A DNA stretch of 64,000 bases from Tubulanus polymorphus (lineage: Eukaryota > Animalia > Nemertea), in contig NC_134025.1 of assembly GCF_964204645.1 (NCBI RefSeq), positions 930,001 through 994,000 on the forward strand. Direction: 5' to 3'. Both the position numbers and the translations under genes were made by a program. Positions 25,003-38,004 of this stretch are shown piece after piece; the stretch's first letter is position 1; each line of letters starts with the position of its first letter. The notes under the pieces are model-generated. The model was given only the letters and a program-made list of their open reading frames with translations, was not told the origin of the DNA and searched no databases.

Positions 25003-25986
25003 AATCAACTAACGGAAATTATTGTTGCCTCGAAGATTTGTTCCAAATTTTCATTTAAGTAAAATCGTAACATATAGGCCTATAGAGATCTTAGACATTA
25101 TCTAAATATAATCATATTAAATCTCATCCAGGACCAAAAACTACTCCGTCATCAAAAGGTTGACCTCTACAAGGACATTTTATATAATAAGCGCCTCGGA
25201 AAGTAATATTTGATTGTCAACCACTTTTCAAGTGATTAATCATTGAGGTTTATTCAGTGACGTTTGTTGGCAGCGGTTCAAGAGTGAACAAGAATGTCGA
25301 CTCATTGAGCAAATTTATCAAACATTCAAGATCGCAATGGCCCTGATAAAACGCTGAAATGTGGTTAGCTAATTATTCAACAATTATATAAACAACAAAA
25401 CATGTTAGTTATATTAGTAGCCATTTATATTTAAATATTTATACTATTTTTAAGAACCATGAATAGAAAGTAAGGAAATCCCAGGATCAATTCTACTAAA
25501 CAGGTGGTGCGGCTATACCCTGTACTCGGGATACGCTCTGAACATTACTGGGTATAAACCGGGTAGAGAGTTTACCAACCACGTGTAATGACCACGTATT
25601 GAAACCGATACCATGAATCCAGTCACCACAATTCGAAATTGAGAATTCCTACTGACGTATTTAAATACGTAAACCATTCGGTATTTTTATAATGCGACCT
25701 GTAGCAGTAACAGATGCTTGAACGAGCGGTAAGATAAACGCGATTTATGTGACAAAGTGTTACCTTTATTTCCTTCTTCAAGTAACAAATTATACAATCC
25801 TGAATTCAGTAGCTAGATTATATCTATATTTCTTGTAGGCCTAATTCGGTGTTTATATATTCGAACTGCGGCATGCACCCCTCAAAATATCAGCGACTCA
25901 AAATTCGTATCCTATTATGTTTCTTGTATCAATGTGCAAAATCATCTTTTTATTTTTTCAGTTATAAAAATCTCACATTTTCTAAA

Positions 25987-27525
25987 ATGGCTTCGAAAGA
26001 AACTCGGCAGGTTGCGGAAATTGTAATTTCTATGGATACCACCGGATCAATGTATCCATATATTGAAATGATCCGTGAAAATATCAGTAACATTTTATCC
26101 AGTTTATTCCGGATTAGCAGCAACCTTAGAGTGGCTATCATCGCGCACGGAGATTACGCGGATCAAGATTGTGAAAACTGTTACGTCACTAAAATTCAGG
26201 ATTTCACGGATGATATCAAGAAATTGCGTAGTTTTGTGACTGGTATAAGTGGAACTTGCGGCTTTGATGTCGAGGAATGCTACGAGTTGGTTCTGAAAGA
26301 GACAACCAGACTATCGTGGGTCCCGGGTTCGAATCGCTTGATGATAATATTAGCAGATTCGGCACCTCATGAAAAACCGTTCTTCAAGAAATGTGCGATT
26401 TCGCCGAAGCCAAAAGTGATCGATTGGAGGAAAGAAGTACGAACTTTATCTTCAATGGTGAGTAGAAATTCTATATAAACATGTTCGCGTGAAATTCACG
26501 TATTTCGATGAAATTAACTCCGTCGATTCCCCTTCTCACTTATAAACAAATCAATATCTGTGGAATGAAATAATGAAAAAACCAATTATCGACAAATTTA
26601 GAAAACGAATTTCATTATCGAAAATCAAAACCTCTTGTTGCAGGATGTTAGAATATGTGGTATAAATTGCTCGGCTGAATCCAGGACGAAACAATTCTTC
26701 GATGAAATTTCTGCTCGAACAAACGGATTTCATCTGCGGATATCTGATAAACGTGACGTCATTGATGCTTTAATCGCTGTTTGTTGTAGTCACTTTAACA
26801 AACAAATTCTCAAGGTCAGTAAACAATGTCGGTACCGTACGTCGTACTATTCAACAGTTCTAATATCAGTTTCATAAAACGGTTTCATTCTAAAATCGAA
26901 TAAGGATAAAATGAACTAGTGATGAAATTAAATAGATTTAAGAATTAAACTTCTTCCACCCTGAGTCTAGTTTCACAAAAAGGTTTCGCTCAAAGAATGA
27001 GTTCGTTTTTAATTAATTCGGCTCATCTTAATCGGTTAAGGAGTTTAAATTAGTTAAGCATGACTGAGTTCTGAACTAGGGGCTTTGGCTATAGAATTAT
27101 GTTTTATATTTGGAAATTAACTGATTTGAACTGTTAGTAAAAAAGTCAAAAACTGTGAGTAAAAAAGGCCAATATACATTTCAGAATTACGAAGCCGAAT
27201 TGAGGAAGCGTAGGATATTTTCAGCTGATATGGAAACAGTTTTCAACAGGCTGAACCCATCAGACTGTAAGCGATCAGAGAACAGATCCTATAGAGACCC
27301 GAGCCGAGACAAACCTAGAGACGAACCATCCGAACCATCTTCACATCCGACTCCTGTCAGGAGCCGCAAGAGGAAAATAGATGCAGTGAACGTACGTTGT
27401 TAAATCAGAGAATTGTTTTCAAGCCCATTTCTTCAACGGGTTGAAATTGAATGTTTCCTCTTTATTTCATATTTCAGAATCCTCCTGGTGGCCAAACGCG
27501 ATACTATCTGAGGAAACGTCACTAA
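25987..27525 (+). CDS. VWA-domain protein without a signal peptide, with a basic C-terminal tail, ~298 aa, 4 exons
   Basis: Exons 25987-26457, 26644-26814, 27185-27391, 27478-27525, all phase 0. MIDAS-like IVISMDTTGSM, plus RVAIIAHGDY, GFDVEECYE and LMIILADSAPH. The tail contains RSRKRK. Confidence 0.88.
26962..27082. mobile_element. Short palindromic MITE (same family as 46120)
   Basis: gagtctagtttcacaaaaaggttt...gttctgaactagggg; the interior resembles 46120-46231. Confidence 0.55.
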
Positions 27526-29450
27526 CTTTCTGTATGGTGACATATTGATGTGTCATAAACATGTTCTTGGAATTTTAGTGTTGAATTTATGATGTTACAA
27601 TGACCTATTATGACCTATTGATTTTTTTTTGTGTGATCGAAATTTATATGTATATATTCATGAGAGTTTATTGAAATGCAAATAAATAAAGATAACACAA
27701 CGGTAAAGTCTTGGTAGTGCGGTGAATATAACGTGCTGGATATATGAAGGCCGATATTTACTATTGAGAAGCGAACAATAGCAATTCTAATGATACTTCG
27801 TCATTATTATTATCGAAATCTAAAAGACACGGATTCAAAGACACGTCAGATATAATCGTCCGTTGTGACGAAGACCTGGAAACTGGGGGTATTATATACA
27901 GGAGATGGCTATATTTAGTCGAGTTATTTGTAAATGTGGACTTTTGATTACTGATGGACCGAGTCTCACTGAATCAATCTAATACAAACTACATTCTATT
28001 TCTCGATAAACATTTCTGTTAGAAAATTCACAACCAAGCAAAAAATAACAATATCAACCAATTGAAGCGAATTATTGTCTTTATTTTGTAACAAAAATGA
28101 AATGGGCTTTTTCTTCCCCAAGAACTATTTTGGTTTACAAACTTGATAACTATAGCCGCGATCGAGACGATTTGGCCAGAGACGACCGATATTTTCAATA
28201 AGATTTGTTGCAGGTCAAAACTAAGTACTCGATAAAATCCTTCAATCGAAAAATTGATAAAACTCGTTCTTATTTTCTTTCTTTTCTAAGGACTGCTTTC
28301 ATTTTATTATCTGCCTATTGCTTCAAACTAGTCCTGATAATGATACATCACCGATATCTACTCTGAGAATTACTTACATCATTTTGTTTATGCACTAATT
28401 CTGCACAAATTTGATATGAAAGTTAACTCATATCGCGATACCATGACAGTATTTCATTAAAATCCACTATCATATACAAATGTAAAAGGTTAAAAGCAAA
28501 ATCTATCAATCAAAAAGTGAAATCAGACGGAACGATATTTCAAAACTTACCTATATTGGGTTTTAATCTAATAGTATTTTCTCCATGTCGTCTATGAGTC
28601 TATCGAGGACTATTTATCACTTCTGTGAGTCAGCTAGTTCTAGGCTATCAATGAAACACAAAACTCTTTTGGAAAACAGCATTGATTCGAACCTGGATAT
28701 TCAGGTCTCGGATGTTAAGAATAATGCAATAACTGGATTGAGAAATAGACGATTATATCATCGATTTTCAGCTCACCCTACTCATCATCTTTGACAATGA
28801 ACGAATTACATGTGATATAAATGTTCGGGATAATTAGGATTGATTAGAATAGAAATTAATATGAACAACTGCAGTTTCTTGTTTGTACGTAAACAATAGG
28901 AGGGAAGGTTATTGCGGTTACGAATCATGATTCAATTATATGAAAGATAAAAGAGCATTCAAAGATGACCCCCTCGAAGAAAGATACCTGTAAATATTAC
29001 CGTAATCAGGTCTTATTCGTGAGATAAAGATTCAGTTATCGTCAGGATTCTGAAACAAGAACAACTCGAAATATTTGATGGAATAAATTCTAAGGTACGT
29101 CATCAGAATTAGATTAACAGCTACATGTGATTTCATGATTGCAGTGAACTGATAGAAATATCAGTAGGCCCTATAGTTAACAAATTGTTGAAAACGTTTA
29201 TTTTCTAACAGTTTCGACGTTAATTCTAAACTTCATCTTCAGATATCTCTGTGATTTCATGCTCGTGAAAGTAATACAAAAATATAAAACTATCAGTACT
29301 TATTACACTTAATGCTGTATTGAGTAAACCGATAACTGCGGAACTCGATTCTATTTACTTTCGAGTTCTTCAGCTTTTTCTGAATGGAAGAGTATTTCAT
29401 CACTTTAAAGTTCTTCGGCTAATGAAATTATTCAGGTTCTTGGCGAGAAA

Positions 29451-32400
29451 ATGGTGACAGAGCGGCCAAAAACGGCGTTTAGTGATCACACTGACGATGC
29501 ACCTAAATCATGGAAACATGCTTTTCAAGAGTTTATGGGTCGAACTACGTTTCACGGATGGCGTTACATCGCAGAACCGAGTCCGTTTACACTGAGAAGG
29601 TATCGATCTGTCTTAACCTGTCTGAATGATAATAGATAATCGATTTATCATATGAATCTTAAATCAACAGTACCCACGAAATCAGTTCATTTTCAGTATT
29701 TAACCGAGATTTTATAGTTTCATCGGAAAACTGAAGAAACAACATCTCGATCATGTTCATATTCTACCCGGTTCTGTAAAATATTGATTATAATAATGTT
29801 TTATTCGCGATTTAAATTACAATTTAATGTAGCAGGAATTAGTACAAAATAATGTAAAATAGGACGCCGGACGACTGGTGAAGTTAAAGCAAGCTTATAA
29901 CCTGAGAGGCCCAGTCGCCCACACACTCAATATAACTATTGATTTCTTGGAGCACCCCTCCCCCATCATTTGGTACAGTCTCTAGGGTGTCCTCTCAATA
30001 AATCTATTTTGTCAAGTTTTTATATATTATAATTATGTACACGATTTAATACTTATTGAGAAATAAAATTCATATCCATACAATCTAACATATAAAGAAA
30101 ATCTCGTCGAAACCGATATGATTTGCTAGAGATTTTTCTGACTGTGATATTTTCAGGATTGTATGGTTTCTGTTATGTGCGGCAGGATTCGGAGGATTTA
30201 CCTATCAGATTATCGATCGCGCCAGTTATTACTACGAATACCCGGTCACTGTTAATGTCAATGTGGAATACAATACGACTCTGAAATTCCCAGCCGTTAC
30301 AATCTGTAACTTGAATTCATTTCGGTAAATATAGAATTTAACACGTCCAGTGAGGGCATCACACTGGCCGTTACTCCAACTTCATATCATTAGTATTTAT
30401 ATCAATATTAACGTCGTTTCTTTAATGTTCATATTTCAGAATATCTAAAGCGAACTCTTTGGGTCATTATGACATCATCAACGCCATGTTTGATCCAGGA
30501 TTGACATCAGGTCAGAAAGTATCCACCATTAATAATTTGAACGGAGGAAGAATTAGTCTTTATGATTTATACAAACAATCTGCGCATTTGAAAGAAGATA
30601 TAATCGTCAGGTAAATAAGTGATGATGATTCTCTTGCCAGGAGCTCTCAAAATCAGTACCTAAGTAACCTGCATGCGGTCGTTATGCAATACTGTCGTAT
30701 CATTTACCTGAGGCCGTTTTTATTTTTCCTATTAGTTGTAGATGGAATGGACAAGCTTGTTCTGCCACAAATGATTTTGTAGAGACAGTAACCGATCATG
30801 GATTGTGCTACACCTTCAATTCTAACCCCAGAAATCAGTTATACGTCGCCGAAACCGGCAAGTATTCAACTCGTTTATCATAGCGCTTTTTTAGTCAAAT
30901 TCCTAACTTAGATTCCTAGTTGGATCTGGAGCTAAACGAGTCTCAAGTCAAATGGTTTAGCATTTGACTGATTATGTGCATATTGGAACCAGCGGTTTCA
31001 AAACATTCACTTCGAATTATTTGTTTATGTCAGAGATTTGTACAATGAAGAGATACATGAAGTTTTATTTAATACATAGCTGGGGTTTGAAATTATATAA
31101 TAGTGATTTGATATTCTGTATAGGTAGCGAAAATGGTTTGAATCTGATCATCAACATTGAGCAATATGAGTATATGCGAGGACCGAACAGTGGAGCAGGC
31201 CTGAAATTACTCGTTCACGATCCTGATGAATTCCCGTTAGTTAAAGATTTAGGTCAGGCTGTCTCTCCCGGTACACACGCATTCATGGGTTTACAAGTTA
31301 GACAGGTATAAAACAAACTCTCAGAAATATAGGAATTACACTGAAAGTCGTAGTTGTAGTTGACGACTGACTGAATGATGATTTTTAGAATTGCAAATAC
31401 AAAGTTTGAATAGAAATTATGAGTGATGGACAACTTCAGTGATTTCAGTGATGTCGACTTACACTTGGTAAATTGAATCATGTATACAAATTGGGACTCA
31501 AAAAGCAGTAGTTTAGCGATAAATCCGATGACAATATCTATGATTTTGACAGTAGTTCAAAAAGATTTGTGATACTGAACCTTAATGACATGAATACATT
31601 CTATTTCAACTTGTATAATAACATCTATATGATTATTATATTCTTATTGTGCAAGGATAAATAGATTATCAATATCAATATCAATATCAATATCACCAAC
31701 ATTAATATTAATATTAATATTTGTATTTATCGACAGGAATCTAGTTTATCTCATCCGTATGGTAATTGTACGAGCACGAAAACACTGGAATATTTCTCAG
31801 TGTATTCAATGACGGCTTGTCGCATCGACTGCGAGACGAGATGGGTCGTTAAGAAATGCAACTGTAAAGATATCGACATGCCTCAGAAAGGACCAAGTAC
31901 GTTAAAATCAGTCAAGTGTTCCTTATATACTAAACTAAACAATGAAACAGTTCATTTAAAGAAAACAGCACGATTTGACTAATTCACCTGATGAAGATAC
32001 CTTCACAATTAGCGAAAGTTCGTACTTCGAAAATAATCTAGACAACCTCCAAAGTACTATCACGTTTTAACGTGTGATTCGACACCGGATTGACACGGCT
32101 TCTTCACAGCTCTCCAAATAACTAAACGCATAAACAATGATTGAATATATAACGATAATGAAAATGACTAATTAAAGATTCAGTTGAAGCCTAGAGATAT
32201 TACGTGCATACTAGGAATTTCTTTGATTGTTGAATATATTCTGTATCTTCAGATAATCCACCGACTTGTGACATTGAAACTTATTACAATTGCCTAATAC
32301 CAGCTTTAGGTAAGTTAATAGATGATCTAATCTTCGAGTGAGTTCATTTTCCTGACCTGTCTCAACTCGGTGAAATCTGTCTGATTCTCAACTCGGTGAA

Positions 32401-34768
32401 ATCTGTATGATTCTAAACTCGGTGAAATTTTCATCGACCAAACTCTGCCGAATCAAAAAAAATTTACTGTATAAACTAACTAGAAATTAACAGTGTTTTT
32501 ATTTCTTTAGAGGAATATGAAAGAGTTGAAAAGGAGAAATGTAACTGTCCGACTCCGTGCGATCGCACTCTGTACGCCCCGAATCTCTCGTACGGTACAA
32601 CATCCAGTTTCGACACACAACTCTTCCTGAGACAAGTCGATACCGCCGCTTTAGAGGAACGATTCATCAACGCCAGGGAATCCATGAACCGACGCTTACC
32701 AGAATTCATTCAACTCGATAAAACCCTCATTACATCGTTTACGTCATCGGTTACTACTGTTAGATACGTCATAATGACGTCACTGGCAGGGGTCATCAAT
32801 AAAATCGAACACGATTTGATTGAATTGACGAATACGACCAATCGTATCTACGCGTTACAGAGACACGCTTTAACTCGTATGGGTTGGAGTTTCGAGCAGT
32901 ATTTCTATAGCGGAGTGGAAGTGAGATACTCGGAAACGATCGCTCAAGTTGCGCCCGGTTATTCTACGATGTTCGAGACTTTCGAAACGCGATTGAACGA
33001 ACTGTTAACATTTAACGACACGGCCTATCGTAAAGTATTTCACGGTGTCGTCACGCATGACATGTTAGCCAGGAAAGTACTGGCGGAGAAAGCCGATGTA
33101 GCTTTGAAGACGATCTACAACGCTTACAAATTCATGCAGCCTTTGAATACTAATGTCTCGAGTAGCGAGTCGTACGAGGCAGATTCAGCAGCTTTTCCCA
33201 CTTATTACATCAACGAAGATTTCACCGCGTTAACCACCAGACACCAAATAACACTGACCGATTTAGAGAATTTCAAATCGAGCGTCGAGCAACTGATGGC
33301 CATAGCTGACGAGTGTCAGAATAGCCGTACGATGAACACTACATTGTATAACAGCGCTAAGGTCGGATATATCGGCAACGCGAAGACTTTTATCATCGAT
33401 ATCGATAAACTGAAGAATTCCCATTACAGCAGACCTCAACCGATCCTCATTCAACTGATGTTAGACCTAGACTCGGCTAAAGATGAAGTTTTAACGCAGA
33501 TTAGAGACATGCAAGTTACCGTAAACATTCTAAAAAACGATCTCAATAGAATTCAAACCGAAACGTGGCCTTCGATCGAAACCGTTTCGAATTTAACGGC
33601 TTCTTATTTGACGAATCCTAACGTGAAGAAAACTCACGTCGCAAAACGAGTAACATCTCTAGAGTTGGAAGATAAAGTCGCCGAATTATCGGCGTTCATC
33701 ACTTCATTGAAGACGCGGTCGCAGTCTACTGATGACAATTGGAACAAACTGTCCTACCAGTATAAACAGTTCTGGGATACGATCCTAGGGGTCGCTGCTT
33801 TGAATCCGTACCACACGTATAAAGGTAACACGGCGATCACCGGGACTACAGTATCGGCGAAGAATTCCGAAATAACCGATCAATTCTCCAGATTAGCCGC
33901 TACTCACGATATACGCGGTTCTATCGGCGGCAACGATGAAACTTTAAAAACGGCTTTGGCCGCGTTGAAAAAATCGTACGCTCAGTTCTTGAAGGAAAAT
34001 ACTATCGACGCTACATTCGTCAAGTAAGTAGAAGGATAACCCTGTTCACTCACACGTGGGGAAGAGATAACATGATTAAAACCCGTACAAATTCAAAAGA
34101 CGATAATCTCTGAGGAGAGTCTGAAATGTCATGTTTCTTTTTCTTGATAAATAAATGTCGTTTTTAATCTTTTGAATTTTCATATAACGGGTTTTGATCG
34201 TGATCGTCAAGTTGTTTTCCCTTTTACAATGCTTTTTGTTTAGTGTTGATAGTGATCCAGAAACCATTTTGAGGCACTTCAATTAGCTCTGCACTTTGTC
34301 CGTATGAATATGTCCTATTCTACCCATACGTACTATGCTTAAATTTCAGGGACAACTTTTTGGAAGTTGATATTTTCCAAGAAGAACTGAACGTGCAGGC
34401 AATTACCCAACAGGAAGGTTATGAAGGTCTCGCTTGTTTATGTAAGTGATGAAACCTGAATTGAGATATTATTTCTGAGATTTCGTTCAGTTTTGGCTTG
34501 CGGGTTAAAACATCGGAAACGACCTCATTTCACTCTTGATTCCAAATCTGAATCTTTTGTTATTTAATATTGTATTTTAGGTGATATAGGTGGAACTATG
34601 GGACTGTTTGCTGGAGCGAGTCTGATTACGTTCTGCGAATTATTAGACGCGTTTTTACACTACGGAGCTAAAACTTTGACTAATAAGGCAAAAGTGACCG
34701 ATAGCGTACAGAACATACAAGTTAGACCTACATTCAAGACAACAGAAAGCGTCAAAGTTTGGAGTTAG
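29451..34768 (+). CDS. DEG/ENaC (ASIC-like) ion channel subunit with a large extracellular insertion, ~933 aa, 10 coding exons
   Basis: Exons 29451-29599, 30157-30324, 30440-30610, 30736-30857 (GC donor), 31124-31305, 31737-31896, 32253-32309, 32511-34023, 34350-34441, 34581-34768 (2802 nt). Motifs TTFHG, TM1, FPAVTICNLN, TDHGLCYTFN, GSENGL, GLKLLVH, SPG, a Cys-rich thumb (YSMTACRIDC...CNC...CNCPTPC) and DIGGTMGLFAGAS. Confidence 0.95.
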
Positions 34769-35356
34769 GGTTGTAAAAAAAAACAGTTGCACAGGCGAGG
34801 CCTAGAATTTCAGTCTAAGGCCAACTTTGGTTTCCACATATGAATATGAATTATATTTCTCAATAAATATGTACATTATTACAATATATAGCATTGACAT
34901 AATTTATTGAGAGGACACCCCCGAGTCTAAAGACTGTACCAAATGATACATGTATAATCAATCTAACAACAACTTGATTGGTGCACCTAAATCCTGCTGG
35001 AGCGGGTACTGTTCATGTGTGTTTCACAAATTCTTGCTGTGTTTGTTTTGCCACTGTCAAAATACGATATATAAACTACTGTCAAAAAAGAAATACAATA
35101 AAATTTGAATGAAATTTGAAATAATTCTAGGTTTTTATATTTCGACTATCGATCCATGCCCGGGCTCGACTGAATATCCGAAAAAGGACCAAATCCCGGG
35201 GAGTCAAGCGATGTTGACTCAAAACGATCCAGCACCCTCTGCATAGTCAGCCGGGGCATATGCTTAGAGTCATCCCTGAGAGACTATAAACTTCGTGAGA
35301 CTTATTGCAACCGTGATTTTGAATTGCAACAATTTTTATGTCAACCATAATAAAGT

Positions 35357-35370
35357 CCGCCAGATGGCAG
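35357..35370 (+). promoter_or_regulatory. CTCF-like motif between the convergent DEG/ENaC and ApoL-like genes
   Basis: ccgccagatggcag fits the CTCF core CCrCyAGrkGGCrs. Confidence 0.4.
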
Positions 35371-36624
35371 ATGTGCGTCAAATTACGGCAGTTACTCGCG
35401 TCCCATCTTGATTTTTATCTCATTGACGACAGTACAATGGATATTCAAATTATAACGCTTTCATTTTCAAAACCCGTGATCTATTTTTTTCTGGTGATTG
35501 TTTTGAATCATTGATAACAATTTCGGGAGGTTTATTCTGAAGTGAGACAGTTTTTGAAACAACTAATTGGCGAAAGATGTTTAAACGTAGATATCTTAAA
35601 TACGTGTTTCGATTAGTTTTAATCGAATGTATTTAACGGTGTATATCAAAGATGCAATGTCGATGTTGTTGTTATGGCGACATCTTCAGCTGCGCCAGCA
35701 GCAGCAGCAGCAGCTGCAGCTGTCTGTGATCAGTGTCGGAATCACTGAATTCAAACACGTCTCATTAAAACCGAACAAGACGTTTCATATTGAAACATGA
35801 AATTAAACAATATCGCGCACCCTCTCGCCAGTTCATCACCGGCTCGTTGTCATGCCAACCCTCAACTACTTTTTCATTACTTAATGATATAACGTTGAGA
35901 ATAGTTCATACCGTCGTTTAGATTTCCTCCTTTAGAAATTGAATCAGCTTCGGTTTAATACGAATATCTAATATTGAGCACGGCAGTCGCGTTATCGATT
36001 CGTAGATTTCGATATTAAATCAGTGAGGTATAATCCACAGAAATGAGTGAGATTTAAAACAAGATGCGGAGATGTTTGAGGTTGTAGGTGTCCGCACCAT
36101 CTGTAGGGGTAGATCTAGGTGGTATTTCGGGGGTCTTGAAAGTTACAGGTTCGTGACAACAGCGAGGAAGGATGACAGTGGGTCTCCTCGAGCAAGCTAA
36201 ACGGGGGCCTTGGCAGGATGAATATATGTAACCACTATCTTCACCAATTGGACGTATTGCGCCCGAGTCCTGTTAAATGATTTAGTATGAAATACTAAAT
36301 TAAGCAGCAATATATGATTTATTTAGGTAAATGGAACATTTTCACATATCATTTGTTAACTTTGACCATGATTGGACAAGTTCCAACTACGTACAATCTA
36401 TTATTTGTGTTATGTAAATATTTTTTTTATATATTCCCCAAGTAATTGTGCAATAAACCCAGTGGGTTTCCATGATATTGATATCCGACAAGAAATTAGG
36501 TTACATGATACATATACATGTTGATGTAATTTGAGTACAAGAATTAATCACAAGCCAAATCATAAATAATAGTCTGTATCTATAAAGGTTACTGTTCTGA
36601 GAGACTTACTGCAAATTTCGATTT

Positions 36625-37613
36625 TCAATTTTTTTCAATACTTTCAACAATTTCAATACTTTCAATATTTTCTGTTTCAGGGACTGGTTCAGGAATCACA
36701 GAAATGTCGTTTTCGATGCAAAACAGTTTCAGCTCTTCTCGGTGCTCATCATCCAAAACCATCTCATCAAAAACTAAGTTTACAAGTTTCGCCTCTAACT
36801 CTGGACCCGGCTTCTGTAACTCTCGAGCCGAGTCGACTATTGTGTAGATATCAACTCCAGCCCCGACAAGAGCAAATACGAATCCACCAATCTGGAAGAC
36901 TTTACCCGCGGTTCCTGCAGCTTTGAACATCGAAGTTCCGGCTTTCGATGCAGCGCCACCTGCCTCGAGACCTTCACTGGCTATACGTCCTATAACTGCG
37001 ACTTCATCAACTAAGGAAAGGGGTTTCACGATTGTTGTACCAACTCCTTTCAACACGCCCGCTGTTCCAAATACACCTGTTCAAATAACAAAGGTTGGAG
37101 ATATTGATTACGTTATTTTGTTACATATGCTATTTCCTATCTAGATATCTATTTACCTAGTTTAATCTGCTCAATCTTCAGCTCTTCATAAATCTTAGAT
37201 AATCTAGCTCGCGAATTCCTCAACTCTTCCATTTCTTTGATATGAGCCTCAATAGTTCGTCTCACCAGTTTTCTGATCTTTCTGCCGATTATCCATAGCG
37301 TCAAATCGCTACCAGATCCAGCAACTCCTGTAGTTACACCAACTCCGGCAGCAACACCACCAACGATTGGTACAGCTATACCAGCAGTCACAATGAACAG
37401 TACCAACGTAGCCACCGACAGCGGAAGACCGACCCCTAAACCAACTGCAGCCATCGTAATCTTAGCTTTTCTCACATTTCTGTCGTGTTTTTTGTAACCT
37501 GCAGCAATTGTCAGAATCATTTGACATAAGCTCTTTCTAGACCGCAGAAATTTTGCATATTTCTGTTTGTAAACGGCCTCTACTTCTCCCATCTGTTTCG
37601 AAAAGACGCACAT
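36625..37613 (-). CDS. Apolipoprotein L-like protein, ~302 aa, 2 exons
   Basis: Exons 37613-37157 and 37076-36625 (phase 1). ApoL-type pattern IAAGYKKHDRNVRKAKIT, then a Gly-rich hydrophobic hairpin (VGLGVGLPLSVATLVLFIVTAG...GVGVTTGVAG), then C-terminal GGFVFALVGAGVDIYTIVDSAREL. Confidence 0.82.
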
Positions 37614-37681
37614 TTTGAATTTTACGTCTGCGCCCTGCCGATTCCAAAAGCCGAGTGTCGCATATAGATAACGAAAGGAAC

Positions 37682-37796
37682 GAATTCCCCCGTTTCCTTT
37701 TCATTTTTAAAACAGGAAGTACAAGAATAGATTTTTGGGATTTCCCTCATCGTTCGTCTCATTATCAATGGGGATTGCTACGTGAGGGGGCGGGGG
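37682..37796 (-). promoter_or_regulatory. Immune-type proximal promoter of the ApoL-like gene (ISRE, NF-kB, ETS, GC box)
   Basis: GTTTCCTTTTC (37692) fits ISRE GTTTCNNTTTC; GGGATTTCCC (37737) is a perfect kB site; CAGGAAGT at 37713; GGGGCGGGG at 37787. Confidence 0.55.
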
Positions 37797-38004
37797 AATC
37801 AATGCGATTAGAAAAGACTCGAGGCGGTGGCAGCCCCTCCGAGAAACCAATCGAGCCACCATAAATAATTGAACCCCGGTGCTCCAGCATGCGCTTACCA
37901 CAATACCACTGATTACGAGCCATTTTTTTCAATGACGGGAACTTTTCCACCATCAAAGGTAACCTCTTAGACCTTGTGATTAGCCGACTTGAGAATGGAT
38001 ATGC

